Assembly (NCBI GenBank): GCA_002269645.1
Contig: NIVC01001425.1
Span: 227,478 to 291,477, forward strand
Source: Macrostomum lignano
Taxonomy: Eukaryota
Direction: 5' to 3'
DNA: 64,000 bases
Shown here in pieces: positions 23,303 through 34,654 of this stretch. The stretch's first letter is position 1. Every line of letters starts with the position of its first letter. The notes beneath the pieces were generated by a model, which was not told the DNA's origin, made no database searches, and saw only the letters and a list, made by a program, of their open reading frames with translations. The position numbers were made by a program, and so were the translations under genes.

Positions 23303-24090
23303 CAGTGTTGGGCACCAGTCTGTTAATAAGCATTAATCCATTAATAAGCGTTAATAAGTGTTAAGATTTTTCATTAACGTTAATGGACTGTCGTTAAGAT
23401 TTTTTGAACTAACGGATTAACGAATTTGCATTAAAAATTTTGTGAATTAACGATTAATTCATCGTTAACGGTAGTGTCTATGTCAATGACCAAAGACGCA
23501 AAGAAGGAACGAAAAATAGAAGTCTTACAAGAAGTTTGAACATTACAAATGTATTTGAGCTTACCTATATGCCTAAATATAATCTCTTTATTTGACAATG
23601 ATCATACAGACGTATATGTAATTAACAACTTCTTACAAATAAACTTTAAAATAATGAATTAAAACAGTGTGAAACTTTATTTCTTGCACATGAGCATCAA
23701 TTGCTTTGATTCACTTCTGTCCCAATCTTTTGCAACTTTCTGCTGCGCCTGCTAATGGTACTGAAACAACCTTCCTATGCGTATTTAATTATGAATTTCT
23801 CGCTATTAGCTTTTAAGTTTCAAATAAAATAAGTTACTTTTTTACCATATGCTTTACTTTTAGTAGTATTATGCATGCAAGTTTTTAAATGATTATTTAT
23901 TACTTTTTTAGCTTTCAAATCGCTTAGATGACCTCTGTGTTTTGCTAAAAAGATGGAATAGCAAAGACTTGCAATACGAAGTCTGTTTTGGAAAAAACGT
24001 GCAAGATTTCTATATTTTCTGTGTTAACTTTAATGCTAATGCTTTTGCTATTAATGGAAGTTAAGATTTTCATTACGGTGCCAAACACTG
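23303..24090. mobile_element. hAT-type non-autonomous DNA transposon (MITE), 788 bp, in PHB2 intron 1
   Basis: 14-bp TIRs CAGTGTTGGGCACC (23303-23316) and GGTGCCAAACACTG (24077-24090), 1 mismatch. 8-bp TSD TCTAGAAC on both sides. No ORF inside. Confidence 0.9.
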
Positions 24091-24539
24091 TCTAGAACAT
24101 TTAATTTAGAAATATTTTCTAATCTAAGTATTAAACATTATTTAATTGTAAAACAACATGTTTCAAAAATCAATGTATAAAACTGCTAAGACTTTTTCTA
24201 ATATTTATAACAAATATTGGCTATATAGCCTAACATAATAATAATACTATATAATAAATCCAAAAAGCCATTGCCTACTTATTGATATTAGCCTAGCTAA
24301 ATAAGCCTAGGCTAAGTCTAAGAATTTTAGTATAAAATTTAGACTTGTTCAATGTTTTGCATACCTTTTGCATAATCCTCATCATGGCATTAAAGTAAAC
24401 AAAAGATACATAGAGTCATCACTCACTATGTTTTGACATCGAAAATTTATTGGAAAGTTAATAAAAATGCTAGATGCTATATTACTAAACATAAAAAATA
24501 AATTAATGGATGAATAAGTTTGGAAAAAAAGAAACTGAC

Positions 24540-24639
24540 CTGTAAAGAATGAATTGTACGCGCCATATGTGGCAACAGCAGCAGCAGCAAGAAAGCCACT
24601 ACCAGCTGTTGCTTTTTTAAACATGTTAAACATACTCAT
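24540..24639 (-). CDS. PHB2: Prohibitin-2 exon 1 (MSMFNMFKKATAGSGFLAAAAVATYGAYNSFFT, hydrophobic anchor)
   Basis: ATG plus a PHB2-like N-terminal hydrophobic segment; donor GTCAGT at 24539; phase fits exon 2 (G+TG=Val, SFFTVETGH). Confidence 0.9.
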
Positions 24640-27600
24640 TTTTAGTCCTTGGCCTTAGTTTGATTTTGAATAGAGCAGAAAGAAATGACACTTTTTAAAA
24701 AATATGTATAGGTGAAAACACAAAATAAAATTATTCTACTGTATTAAAGTAATGATCAATTAATTAGGTGTTTTAAGAAGTTATGAAGTTAGTAACTTAA
24801 CTTATCCTATCTGTATTAGGCTCTAAGTATAAATTCGTGTTGCAGCGTACGTTTCATGCCCTTGATTTTTAACACGGAAATTTGTTTTAGACAACTGGTA
24901 CAACAAAACTTTAGTAAATATAGTAATCTGTATAACATAAATTGAGTTTCTGTACTATTAAGAACTTCATTACATATATGCTTTTAATTTGGCTTTTCTT
25001 GTAAAATTCTGTGGTCAATGTGTAGGAATTTTTTCTTGTAATTTTTCTGCAAATTTGAATGACGTTTATTAAGCGGCCAGTTAACGGTCTTTCTGCCTGC
25101 TTACTGCCTAGTTAAGATGCGACGTAGGATACATTAATTTTTGCCTGATTGGCGATGGCCTAGCTGGTAAATGCACATAAGTGCTATCCTAATATTGTGT
25201 TTGTTTCCTTATTTTTAATAATTTAAATAACTTACATTAGGCCATCCTAGGTTCATTTTTATTGTGTAATTTATTTTCTTCAGTACCCTCCCTTTACATA
25301 ATTTATAATTAGTCCTACCCACGCAAAACAAACCATTCTACAATCTGATCTAAAACGAGTTCTGTATCACCTTTCTTTTTTGCTACATTAAACTCGCTTT
25401 CCCTTGTCACTAGTATAAGTGTAAGATTTTGAAGTTCTAGGCCTAGCTAGCTAGCTCTAGAAGAAAGTTACTGCAATTGTCAAATTCTAAATCTATATAA
25501 CTAAATCTGAATCTAAACTAAAGTTAAAACAACACTTAAAATATCCTTAGAAATACAATTTTTAGCATTGTATTTCATTTATTAATGAAATAAATTTGTT
25601 TAAAAAGTCAAAGAAGTAAATTTTGATGTCATCAAAAGTTAATGGTAAGTTTTCCTTCAATTAAGCCTATCTTTCATTTTTCTTCTTGGAGATTTCTATT
25701 TATTGATATTATCATAGCTAAAGCTCTAGGCATGAATCAGGTTTAATTTTGGTAAACTAATTCTTTTTAAACAAAGTTATATTTATACATTTGAGGTAGG
25801 CCTTATTTTAGCATTGTTCGTTTCCTAGAAAGTAGTATATTTGAAACTAGACTATTTTGTTTTAATACATATAATATTAGTAATATTGTAAATATTTTAA
25901 ATATTATGAAATTTTATTTGTTTAAGACCAAATCAAGAGGAGTATAAATACACAAGCCGAATAAGAAGGAAAGCAACTTGTGCCTCGCTGGCTTCAAGCT
26001 TAAAACTGTTCTAGTATATTGCTCAATACTTACTGAATTAGTTATTTTAGAAAGCATCAGAAGCCCCAAGATTGGGAGAGTTCAACCCGTTCTCAAAGAA
26101 CGAGACAACCAGATCTAGGATCTAAGAAATCACCTTTAGGAGGCAGAGATCCTACCACAGGGTAGAGAAGCCCAGACTCAGAGTCTGAGAAACCCGCCTC
26201 AGGACAGGATACCCAGCAAATAAGCTGTGACCCTCTGATCCCAGGAATGTCCAGGACTGAGAATAATATCTTTAGAGGAGTATAGGAATAGGATAGACAG
26301 TGCCTAAAAAGACTGCTCAGGCCAGAAAGTACAATAGAAGTACAGATGCTACTAGTAAAAGTACATACGCTACCAATAGAAGTACAGACGCTACCAATAG
26401 AAGTACATGCGCTACAAGTAAAAGGCAAGTAATAACCAGCAATATTAACAAGAAGGAATAACCTCTGCAACAGCTTGGTGGCAGCAAGTAAGGCTAAACA
26501 AAAGAATAAATAAGAGCCCTGGGACACATTGTTCTAAAGATTGCTAAAACATTATAATTAGTTTCAAGATTTATTAATATTAATTTATTTTTGTAGTAAG
26601 ATAAGTGGTTATCTTATATGTATCTGGCATATTATCAAGTAACCAAATTCATCAATATATATTTTGTCAACTCTGTTGACAAATTTGGTTTACCTTACTA
26701 TATATTATTGATAAATTTGGTTACTTGATAATATGCCAGATACATATAAGATAATAAAGACAATTAGTTTTTATTTGATATTTATTTTTTAGAGGCTATT
26801 ATAAAACCCAGGGATTTTAAACCTACTGAATTCCAATAAATCTATTGGAACTATTTTTGCATGCATTTTGAAATATGTAGAAGTTGAGCTTTAACAAAAC
26901 TTTATTAATGGTAAGGAAATAAACAAAACTTAAAATTAAATTTGAATTAAAGTGACCTGCTTTAGTCAAAGTTGCAATAAAGTGTAATAAAGCATATTTA
27001 GATTATTCATATTCATCTTTACATATAAAAATTAAAACTCTATCTGTGTGTGTGTGTGTATGTGTATATATACAATATTGATTGCTATGGACTCCCAAAC
27101 CTCTCAATCAAATGACACCAAACTTTACACCCACCCTAGACTTACTACAAAGAATGTCTTAGGCTACCTTTAAATTTCCTAGACTCAAGTCTTCCTACCT
27201 AAAAGTACAAAAAACTGCTTAAAATGCGCAATTTTTTCATTTATCCTCCATAGCGCCACTCCACTTCTACCAATTCTCTTCAAATTTGACACAGACAATT
27301 TTCAACTATTTTGACACAATCATGTAAAATTTCAAATCTGAAAGTTAATCCTGAACAGCGCTGTGCACTTTTAAAGTTAGGCTGCTTTTTTTCAACAAGG
27401 CAGCCACCCCAACCTCCCCCCGCCTGCCTCTCTTTCCCAATCCCGATCTGGGCCCAGATGTGTAAAAGGGTTTCAAAATTGACTAACTTTCAGCTGCCAT
27501 AAGTTTTTTCCACGTAAAGCGATTGACTTTAAACTTGACACAATTTTTCATTGACTCATTCTCTGTCTAAATGTAAAGTTTCAACTCTGTATCTCAATCA

Positions 27601-28187
27601 GGACAGAAACTGTAAGCATGTGAAGTTTGTCTGCTTTTTCTGTTGCTTGTGCCGCTAAATAGCTCTCACTCATTCTTCCCACCCAGACAAAGGATCAGGC
27701 GATAGAGCTCAATGTACATAGCGAATGTATAGTGTTTTGGAATAACTTTTTAATAGCCTTCTCTGCACCCCACAAGTGGAGAGGCGTGAGAGGAAAGACA
27801 GTTTAGCGAGAGATTCAAACCACTGTCCTTTGAATAGACAAAGTCTGCAGCAGTTGAACAAGGATGACAATTGGCAAATCAAGGCAATGTGGGATGGTTT
27901 GTAAAAATAGAGAAAAATTAATGAATAACTGATTACAATGCAATCCTACTAAATTAGTTACACCATGAAAATTTTAACATTAAGATTCATATAAGGTACT
28001 TTAAAATTTAAATGGCCTCCTAAGAAATGTGTATTTCCTTGGTTGTTAGACTGCTGCAGACTGTGGTGGTAGAGCTGGAGAATGGAGACACACAAATTCC
28101 TCTTAGGGCTGCTAATTGGCCAGAAAGATGACGTGATTAAAGCATGAGAAATGATAACAACTACATCCCACAAACTGGCTTTTGAAG

Positions 28188-29596
28188 CAGGGATCGGCAG
28201 ATTTTTATCTCAAAGGCCAGATAAAGAATCCAGCTCATGGCTGCGGGCCAAATGAGAGTGAAAAGGAAAAGGAATAGACTATTAGAAAGGGAGGAGGGGC
28301 GAGAGAGGATAAGAGACTAGATAGAAAATAACAGGAGAGACGAGGGAGTTTGAGGAGAGAGCAGAGAATATGGGACAAAGAAGCGAAAGGAGGGGAAAGA
28401 GAAGGGAGAGGAAATAGTAGAGGTGAGAAGATGGAGAGAGAAGAGGGGAGAGATGAGACAGAGGATCGATGAGACAGGAGAGTAGAGAAGAGTGAGAAGA
28501 GATGATAGAACAGAGAGGCAGATGAGAGAGGATCGAGAGATGAGATTGTAGAGATGAGAGAGATGAAAAGAAGGATGAGAGAGTGAGATGAAGGAAGAGA
28601 GAGTAGAGTGCAGAGACGAGAGAAGAGAATAGAGGGGACAGTATAGAAGCAGGAAGAGAAGAGAGGAGTCAGAAGAGGGGAAAGAGAGAGAAGAGAGAAG
28701 ACAAGAGAGGGAGAGAGTATAGAGGGAAGAGAAGAGACGAGAAGAAAGAAGAAAGGATCGAGTCCTCCTGAGAGTCCTCCTGAGTCAAAAAAGGGGAAAG
28801 AGAGGAGTACAAGGGGAGAAAGGTGAGAGAACACATGAGAGTAAAGATGACAGATGAGAGGGGGGAGATGAGAGAGCAGAAATGAGGGTGAACAGACGAG
28901 AGATGGGAGAGTAGAGAGAAAAGAGGAGAGATAAGAAATAAAAGATGAGATGTGGAGATAAGGGAGAGATGAGAAGTGAGTGAGGAGAGAGGAGGGGAAG
29001 GGAGAGAATCGAGAGGACAGGGGAAATTGGTGAAAAGGACGAGAGAGGGGAGGAAAGAGGGGAGAGATTAGAGGAGAGAGCAGAGAGAAATGAGAAAAGA
29101 TAAGAGAGAGAGAGAGAAGAGAAAAGAGAGAAAAGAGAGCAAAGACGAGAGAGAAGGGAGGTGAGGGAAGAGACGATAGAAGACATGAGAGGAGAGGTGG
29201 ACAGAGGAGAGGAGAGTTGAGAGAAGAGAGGAAAAAGGAGAGAGTAGAGATAAGGAAAGTGTTGAGAGAGGGTAGAGTAAGGAGTGAGAAGAGAGGAGAG
29301 GGAAGAGAGCAGAGAGCAGAGGGAAGAGAGAGTAGAGAGCAGAGAGAAATGAGAAGAGATAAAAGAGGAGAAAGGAGATATGAGAGACCAGAAAGAAGAG
29401 AGGAGATGAGATAGAAAAGAATAGAGGGGAGAGGGAAGAGACGAGAGAGGAGAGAGGACAGAGGAGAAAAGAAAGAAGAGATAAGAGGAGAGAGAGAGAA
29501 GAGACAAGATAGGAAACAGAAAAGATGGAAGTTTCATAGGATGCAAAGGACATAGGGAGAGGCAGAGGTAGAGGCCAGAGTTTGCCTGACATTCTG
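28188..29596. mobile_element. Degenerate hAT/Charlie-like element ends enclosing a 1.3-kb AG-rich low-complexity tract
   Basis: The left end CAGGGATCGGCAGATTTTT...AAAGGCCAGATA...GCGGGCCA and right end GGCCAGAGTTTGCCTGACATTCTG resemble recalled MER58/Charlie-type termini. No TSD is preserved. Confidence 0.45.
28250..29570. repeat. AG-rich homopurine low-complexity tract
   Basis: Almost exclusively A/G on the plus strand; source of spurious L/S-rich ORFs. Confidence 0.9.
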
Positions 29597-30748
29597 CACA
29601 GCACCCCAGCCAACAATATCAATGTTTGCCTCAAATCCTAATTTTACATGAATGTACATTAGTACATGAGTTTAACCTCAGATTTTAGAATACATGCAAA
29701 AAAATTCAGGGGAATGGAGTTCCCCGGGTTCAAAATCCGCGGGTTTCAACAGCTTGTATTTATATATTTATATTCATATTAATATTCATATTTAGACCCT
29801 TGCTATGGTTGCCAACCTACTTGCATTCAATATGGAATTAGAAGATCAGTCTCAACTGCCTTTAGCATGCATATATGGGTTCAGGTGATGCCTAGACAGC
29901 CTAGTCCTGGTTTTTTTGTCAAAATCATTATGCCATTTGGCATAATAGCATAAAAATTATTATGCCTTTATAAATTTTGACATGCCATTGGCATAAAATG
30001 CAAGATAGAATTTGCCAATTCCAATTACAAAAGCACAATTTCTAAGAATGCATGATAAGATACAATTTGCCATTGATCATACTGTACAAATTATAAATCA
30101 TACAACTGTCACAATAAACAAAGTAATATTTGAACAAATCTAAAAGCAAAATTGAAATTTGGAATTGGGGATTCAGCTTTGGCAATTTGGCAATGGCATA
30201 ATGGCAAAAAATTGTTATACCATTTTGGCATAATAGCATCAATCATTATGCCATTTTTAATTTTGATATGCCATGGCATGCCTATGACATGAAAAACCTA
30301 GGCCTAGTTTATTTCTAGCATGACATAGTCACAATAAGAATGTAGGCAGAATTGCCAAGAATGGATTGAAATATTTGGAAGAGACACCCCCCCCCCCCAA
30401 ATAGCAGGTTTATTCATAACCAAAAAAATGCAGAGTTAGAGAACTATGTAGGGGGGGGAGGCATTTTTACTGGACCAGGACTCTTGCAAAGAAAAATACA
30501 AATAAATAAGCAGTGCAGGAAAGGACGACATGTCCTTTAAAACAGGCTGGAAGAGGTGTACTCACTACAATGTTATTTAATTTTAGACTGAGTCTATGAC
30601 AAAAAAACGAGTTAAAATTACACAAATAGAAAATAACTACAGGAATATGCTAGTATTTAGAACTTTCCACTGAGTTAACTTTTGAATTTGAAGAATATTT
30701 AAAGCATTAAGACTGTCTGTAATAGACAATAAAAAACTACCTACGCAG

Positions 30749-31275
30749 ATTCGATTGAGCCAGTAGCTGCGCTGTCCTCATCAACTACTGACACAAGTAG
30801 TAGTAACAGTAGCAGTGGCGTATACAGAAGGCCCGACCAAGCCAAATACGTGCCACCAGGCCGCCGGGCCCTGCTAATCCGCGAAGCCGAAGAGGCCGAC
30901 GATTGTCGTCGACGTCGTGAGGCCGATGAACAGCGTCGAAGACGCGAAGCTCGTCGGGAGGCCGCTGACCGAGAAAAGTGGGTGAGACGGCGACCAACAG
31001 CGCTAGCAACGGAATCGACTACGCCGGACATTGCCAGTCTGTCGTTGTCGCCGACAAACTCTTCTAGCATCGACACTGGCAAGCTGGGCCACCTTATGGA
31101 GCTGTATGACTTTGCCAGTGATTTGCACGTTGACGATGTCGGTCATTCGTTGCGCCGATTCGGCCAGCCGAGGATTCAATTTGTTGACGATGGTCACCTG
31201 CTGGCGGCGTTCGCCTCGGCTGGCGAGGCCGAACAGGCGGCGATGAGGCCGCCGGATTGTCTCAGAATGAGACCG
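30749..31275 (+). CDS. R3HCC1: R3HCC1/R3HCC1L-like RRM protein, internal exon
   Basis: Reads SIEPVAA...RRPDQAKYVPPGRR (resembles RPDxALYVPxxRR) ... HLMELYDFASDLHVDDV...RIQFVDDGHLLAAFAS...LRMRP (R3HCC1-type RRM). Acceptor acgcAG at 30747-48, donor GTAAGG at 31276. The frame is closed upstream by TAA at 30730, so a 5' exon is required. Confidence 0.8.
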
Positions 31276-31277
31276 GT

Positions 31278-31565
31278 AAGGGGATTTCGGTGTCTAGGGG
31301 TTGCCAGGGGATTTCGGTGTCTAGGGGTTGCCAGGGGATTTCGGTGTCTAGGGGTTGCCAGGGGATTTCGGTGTCTAGGGGTTGCCAGGGGATTTCGGCG
31401 TCCACAAAGGATTTCGGTGTCTAGGGGTTGCCAGGGCATTTCGGTGTCTAGGGGTTGCCAGGGGATTTCGGCGTCCACAAAGGATTTCGGTGTCTAGGGG
31501 TTGCCAGGGGATTTCGGCGTCTGGGGTTGCCAGGGGATTTCGGCGTCTGGGGTTGTCAGGGGATT
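31278..31565. repeat. 27-bp minisatellite (GGGGATTTCGGTGTCTAGGGGTTGCCA) in the R3HCC1-like intron
   Basis: Tandem units starting right after the donor site. Confidence 0.93.
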
Positions 31566-31622
31566 TAGCAATGGGGTCAATAGTTGAAGCAATAAGAGTC
31601 GGCTCGGCCGTTTCCTCTTCAG

Positions 31623-31883
31623 GTGTCTCAGGCCAGCCCGGCAGTGGCCGCATTCATAGCCGCTTGCGTTGCCTCAAATCAGACCGACACGACTTTGGCG
31701 CCGGCGAAACGGCGCCCAGAAACCGACGTCAAAGTGGCGCACCGATTCATCCGCAATCATCTGGGCGGTGCGCGGGCCAGCAGTGCCGGCCTTGGCGGCA
31801 GGCAGAAGGACGGCGGCATTGGCGACAGCCGCATGAACTCGCGCTGCAGCGATGGCAATTGGCGATCTCTGCGAAGTCAGTAG
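31623..31883 (+). CDS. R3HCC1: R3HCC1/R3HCC1L-like terminal exon (VSQASPAV...KRRPETDVKVAHRFIRNHLG...)
   Basis: Acceptor tttcctcttcAG at 31621-22, phase 0. The motif resembles R3HCC1 ERPQTNATVARRLVARALG. TAG at 31881-83; AATAAA at 32347. Confidence 0.8.
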   Translation: MSQASPAVAAFIAACVASNQTDTTLAPAKRRPETDVKVAHRFIRNHLGGARASSAGLGGRQKDGGIGDSRMNSRCSDGNWRSLRSQ

Positions 31884-31887
31884 GTTA

Positions 31888-32050
31888 CTGTACTATGGTT
31901 CCGTGTGTACTATGGTTCCGTGTGTACTATGGTTCCGTGTGTACTATGGTTCCGTGTGTACTATGGTTCCGTGTGTACTATGGTTCCGTGTGTACTATGG
32001 TTCCGTGTGTACTATGGTTCCGTGTGTACTATGGTTCCGTGTGTACTATT
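31888..32050. repeat. 17-bp minisatellite (TGTGTACTATGGTTCCG) immediately after the R3HCC1-like stop
   Basis: Tandem units seen directly. Confidence 0.93.
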
Positions 32051-32119
32051 TCCTCTGGTTGTTTTGATTTATAGTTTATTCTTTAATTCGTTGCTTAAAA
32101 TGCTTTTTAAGGGGCCAAT

Positions 32120-32228
32120 CGGCCAGATTCTCAGTTGCTGGGCCAGCCTCCCAGATGCTCAGTTTCTGGGCCAGCCTCCCAGTTCCTCAGTTTCTGGGCC
32201 AGCCTCCCAGATGCTCAGTTGCTGGGCC
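32120..32228. repeat. Short 28-bp array, inverted sister of the PHB2 intron 2 satellite
   Basis: CTGGGCCAGCCTCCCAGATGCTCAGTTG is the reverse complement of the 19384-19938 unit. Confidence 0.9.
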
Positions 32229-32607
32229 ACCTTTATTTTACTTACTTTCATGAGTCGTAGCTGTACATACGCATTGTTAACTAGCTAATTTGTAACTTTT
32301 TTTCCGGTTCTATATCAAGAACAGTAACACGAAGTGTTGAATAATTAATAAATTTAAGCTTATTCGATGTAACTTTTATCAGCACAGCTTTAGCTTTTAA
32401 TTCCTGTTTGTTTGAAATTCTCTATCTCTCTTTCACCGAAAAATTATGTTTTTTACTATTGTTAACGATTGTGTTGTTAATTGTAAAAATTTTTGGTGGA
32501 ACAGACGGCATTGTGCAAATCCATAATCGATCTCACCGTTCTCACCCGGTTACGTTTCTTCATTCTAGACTGGACCGAACTCTGTCTGTCATTGTGAACT
32601 GGCTTAC

Positions 32608-33990
32608 TGCGTGTTTTCTAGGAATTGTCACTCTGTTGCGTGTTTTCTAGGAATTGTCACTCTGTTACGTGTTTCCTAGGAATTGTCACTCTGTTGCGTG
32701 TTTCCTAGGAATTGTCACTGTTGCGTGTTTTCTAGGAATTGTCACTCTGTTGCGTGTTTTCTAGGAATTGTCACTCTGTTGCATGTTTTCTAGGAATTGT
32801 CACTCTGTTGCGTGTTTCCTAGGAATTGTCACTCTGTTGCGTGTTTCCTAGGAATTGTCACTCTGTTGCGTGTTTCCTAGGAATTGTCACTCTGTTACGT
32901 GTTTCCTAGGAATTGTCACTCTGTTGCGTGTTTCCTAGGAATTGTCACTCTGTTGCGTGTTTCCTAGGAATTGTCACTCTGTTGCGTGTTTTCTAGGAAT
33001 TGTCACTCTGTTGCGTGTTTTCTAGGAATTGTCACTCTGTTACGTGTTTCCTAGGAATTGTCACTCTGTTGCGTGTTTTCTATGAATTGTCACTCTGTTG
33101 CGTGTTTTCTATGAATTGTCACTCTGTTGCGTGTTTTCTAGGAATTGTCACTGTGTTGCGTGTTTTCTACGAATTGTCACTCTGTTGCATGTTTTCTAGG
33201 AATTGTCACTCTGTTGCGTGTTTTCTAGGAATTGTCACTCTGTTGCGTGTTTTCTTGGAATTGTCACTCTGTTGCGTGTTTTCTAGGAATTGTCACTCTG
33301 TTGCATGTTTTCTAGGAATTGTCACTCTGTTGCGTGTTTTCTAGGAATTGTCACTCTGTTGCGTGTTTTCTAGGAATTGTCACTCTGTTGCGTGTTTTCT
33401 AGGAATTGTCACTCTGTTGCGTGTTTTCTACGAATTGTCACTCTGTTGCATGTTTTCTAGGAATTGTCACTCTGTTGCGTGTTTTCTAGGAATTGTCACT
33501 CTGTTGCGTGTTTTCTAGGAATTGTCACTCTGTTGCGTGTTTTCTAGGAATTGTCACTCTGTTGCGTGTTTTCTAGGAATTGTCACTCTGTTGCGTGTTT
33601 TCTAGGAATTGTCACTCTGTTGCGTGTTTTCTAGGAATTGTCACTCTGTTGCGTGTTTTCTACGAATTGTCACTCTGTTGCATGTTTTCTAGGAATTGTC
33701 ACTCTGTTGCGTGTTTTCTAGGAATTGTCACTCTGTTGCGTGTTTTCTAGGAATTGTCACTCTGTTGCGTGTTTTCTAGGAATTGTCACTCTGTTGCGTG
33801 TTTTCTACGAATTGTCACTCTGTTGCATGTTTTCTAGGAATTGTCACTCTGTTGCGTGTTTTCTAGGAATTGTCACTCTGTTGCGTGTTTTCTAGGAATT
33901 GTCACTCTGTTGCGTGTTTTCTAGGAATTGTCACTCTGTTGCGTGTTTCCTAGGAATTGTCACTCTGTTGCGTGCGTGTTTTCTAGGATT
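32608..33990. repeat. 29-bp minisatellite (CTAGGAATTGTCACTCTGTTGCGTGTTTT)
   Basis: Tandem units seen directly. Confidence 0.95.
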
Positions 33991-34654
33991 TCTAGCGTTC
34001 TGTCGCCGTCACCCTCTCAGCCGCAGCATTAGCCTTGCATTTTTCCCCTCATAAATGCCGTTATTTTCTCACGTTTTTAGCCTAAAAAACGCAGTGGTTA
34101 ATAAATAAGTTCTCTTTATATAATCTGCTGTATTTAGCTAGCTAGGATAATTCCAACTCTGTCATTTATGCATAGCCGATGCGAAGATTATTTAAGTTGT
34201 GTTTAATTTATTCTTTGTTTTGTCTTACTGCACCGCTTTATTATCGCAGTGTAAGTGCACGCAATTCGTTAAGTAAATGAACGGTTATAAATATAATGTT
34301 TACTATATATATATATATATTTGTTTTGCAGCATAAATTATTTTCTATTCCATTACCTCGTATATTTGTAATAATTTCCTGCTTCAGATTAAGTTTTTTA
34401 TAATAGTTAATACTTAAAATGCGTTACATTCTACTGTTTAGTAAGCGAGAGTAGTCTGATTTGCGGTAGTGCAATAATTAATTGCCTATGGTTGTTCATT
34501 AGTTTCAGCGGATTGTTTGCGTCGATCGTTCACCTGAAATGGGTAAATTTTACATAACTGGGAGTGTTGTGACCGGTAAAACTGTAGAATTGCTTCTCAA
34601 ATTTTTATAAAAATGCTACTTTTCTACCGGCCTGAGAGTCGCCTCTTAACCGCC

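Noticed and set aside
24300-24390. Possible intronic box C/D snoRNA in PHB2 (ATGATGA on minus near 24385), prompted by vertebrate PHB2 hosting a scaRNA
   Set aside because: No box D (CTGA) at a suitable distance and no terminal stem.
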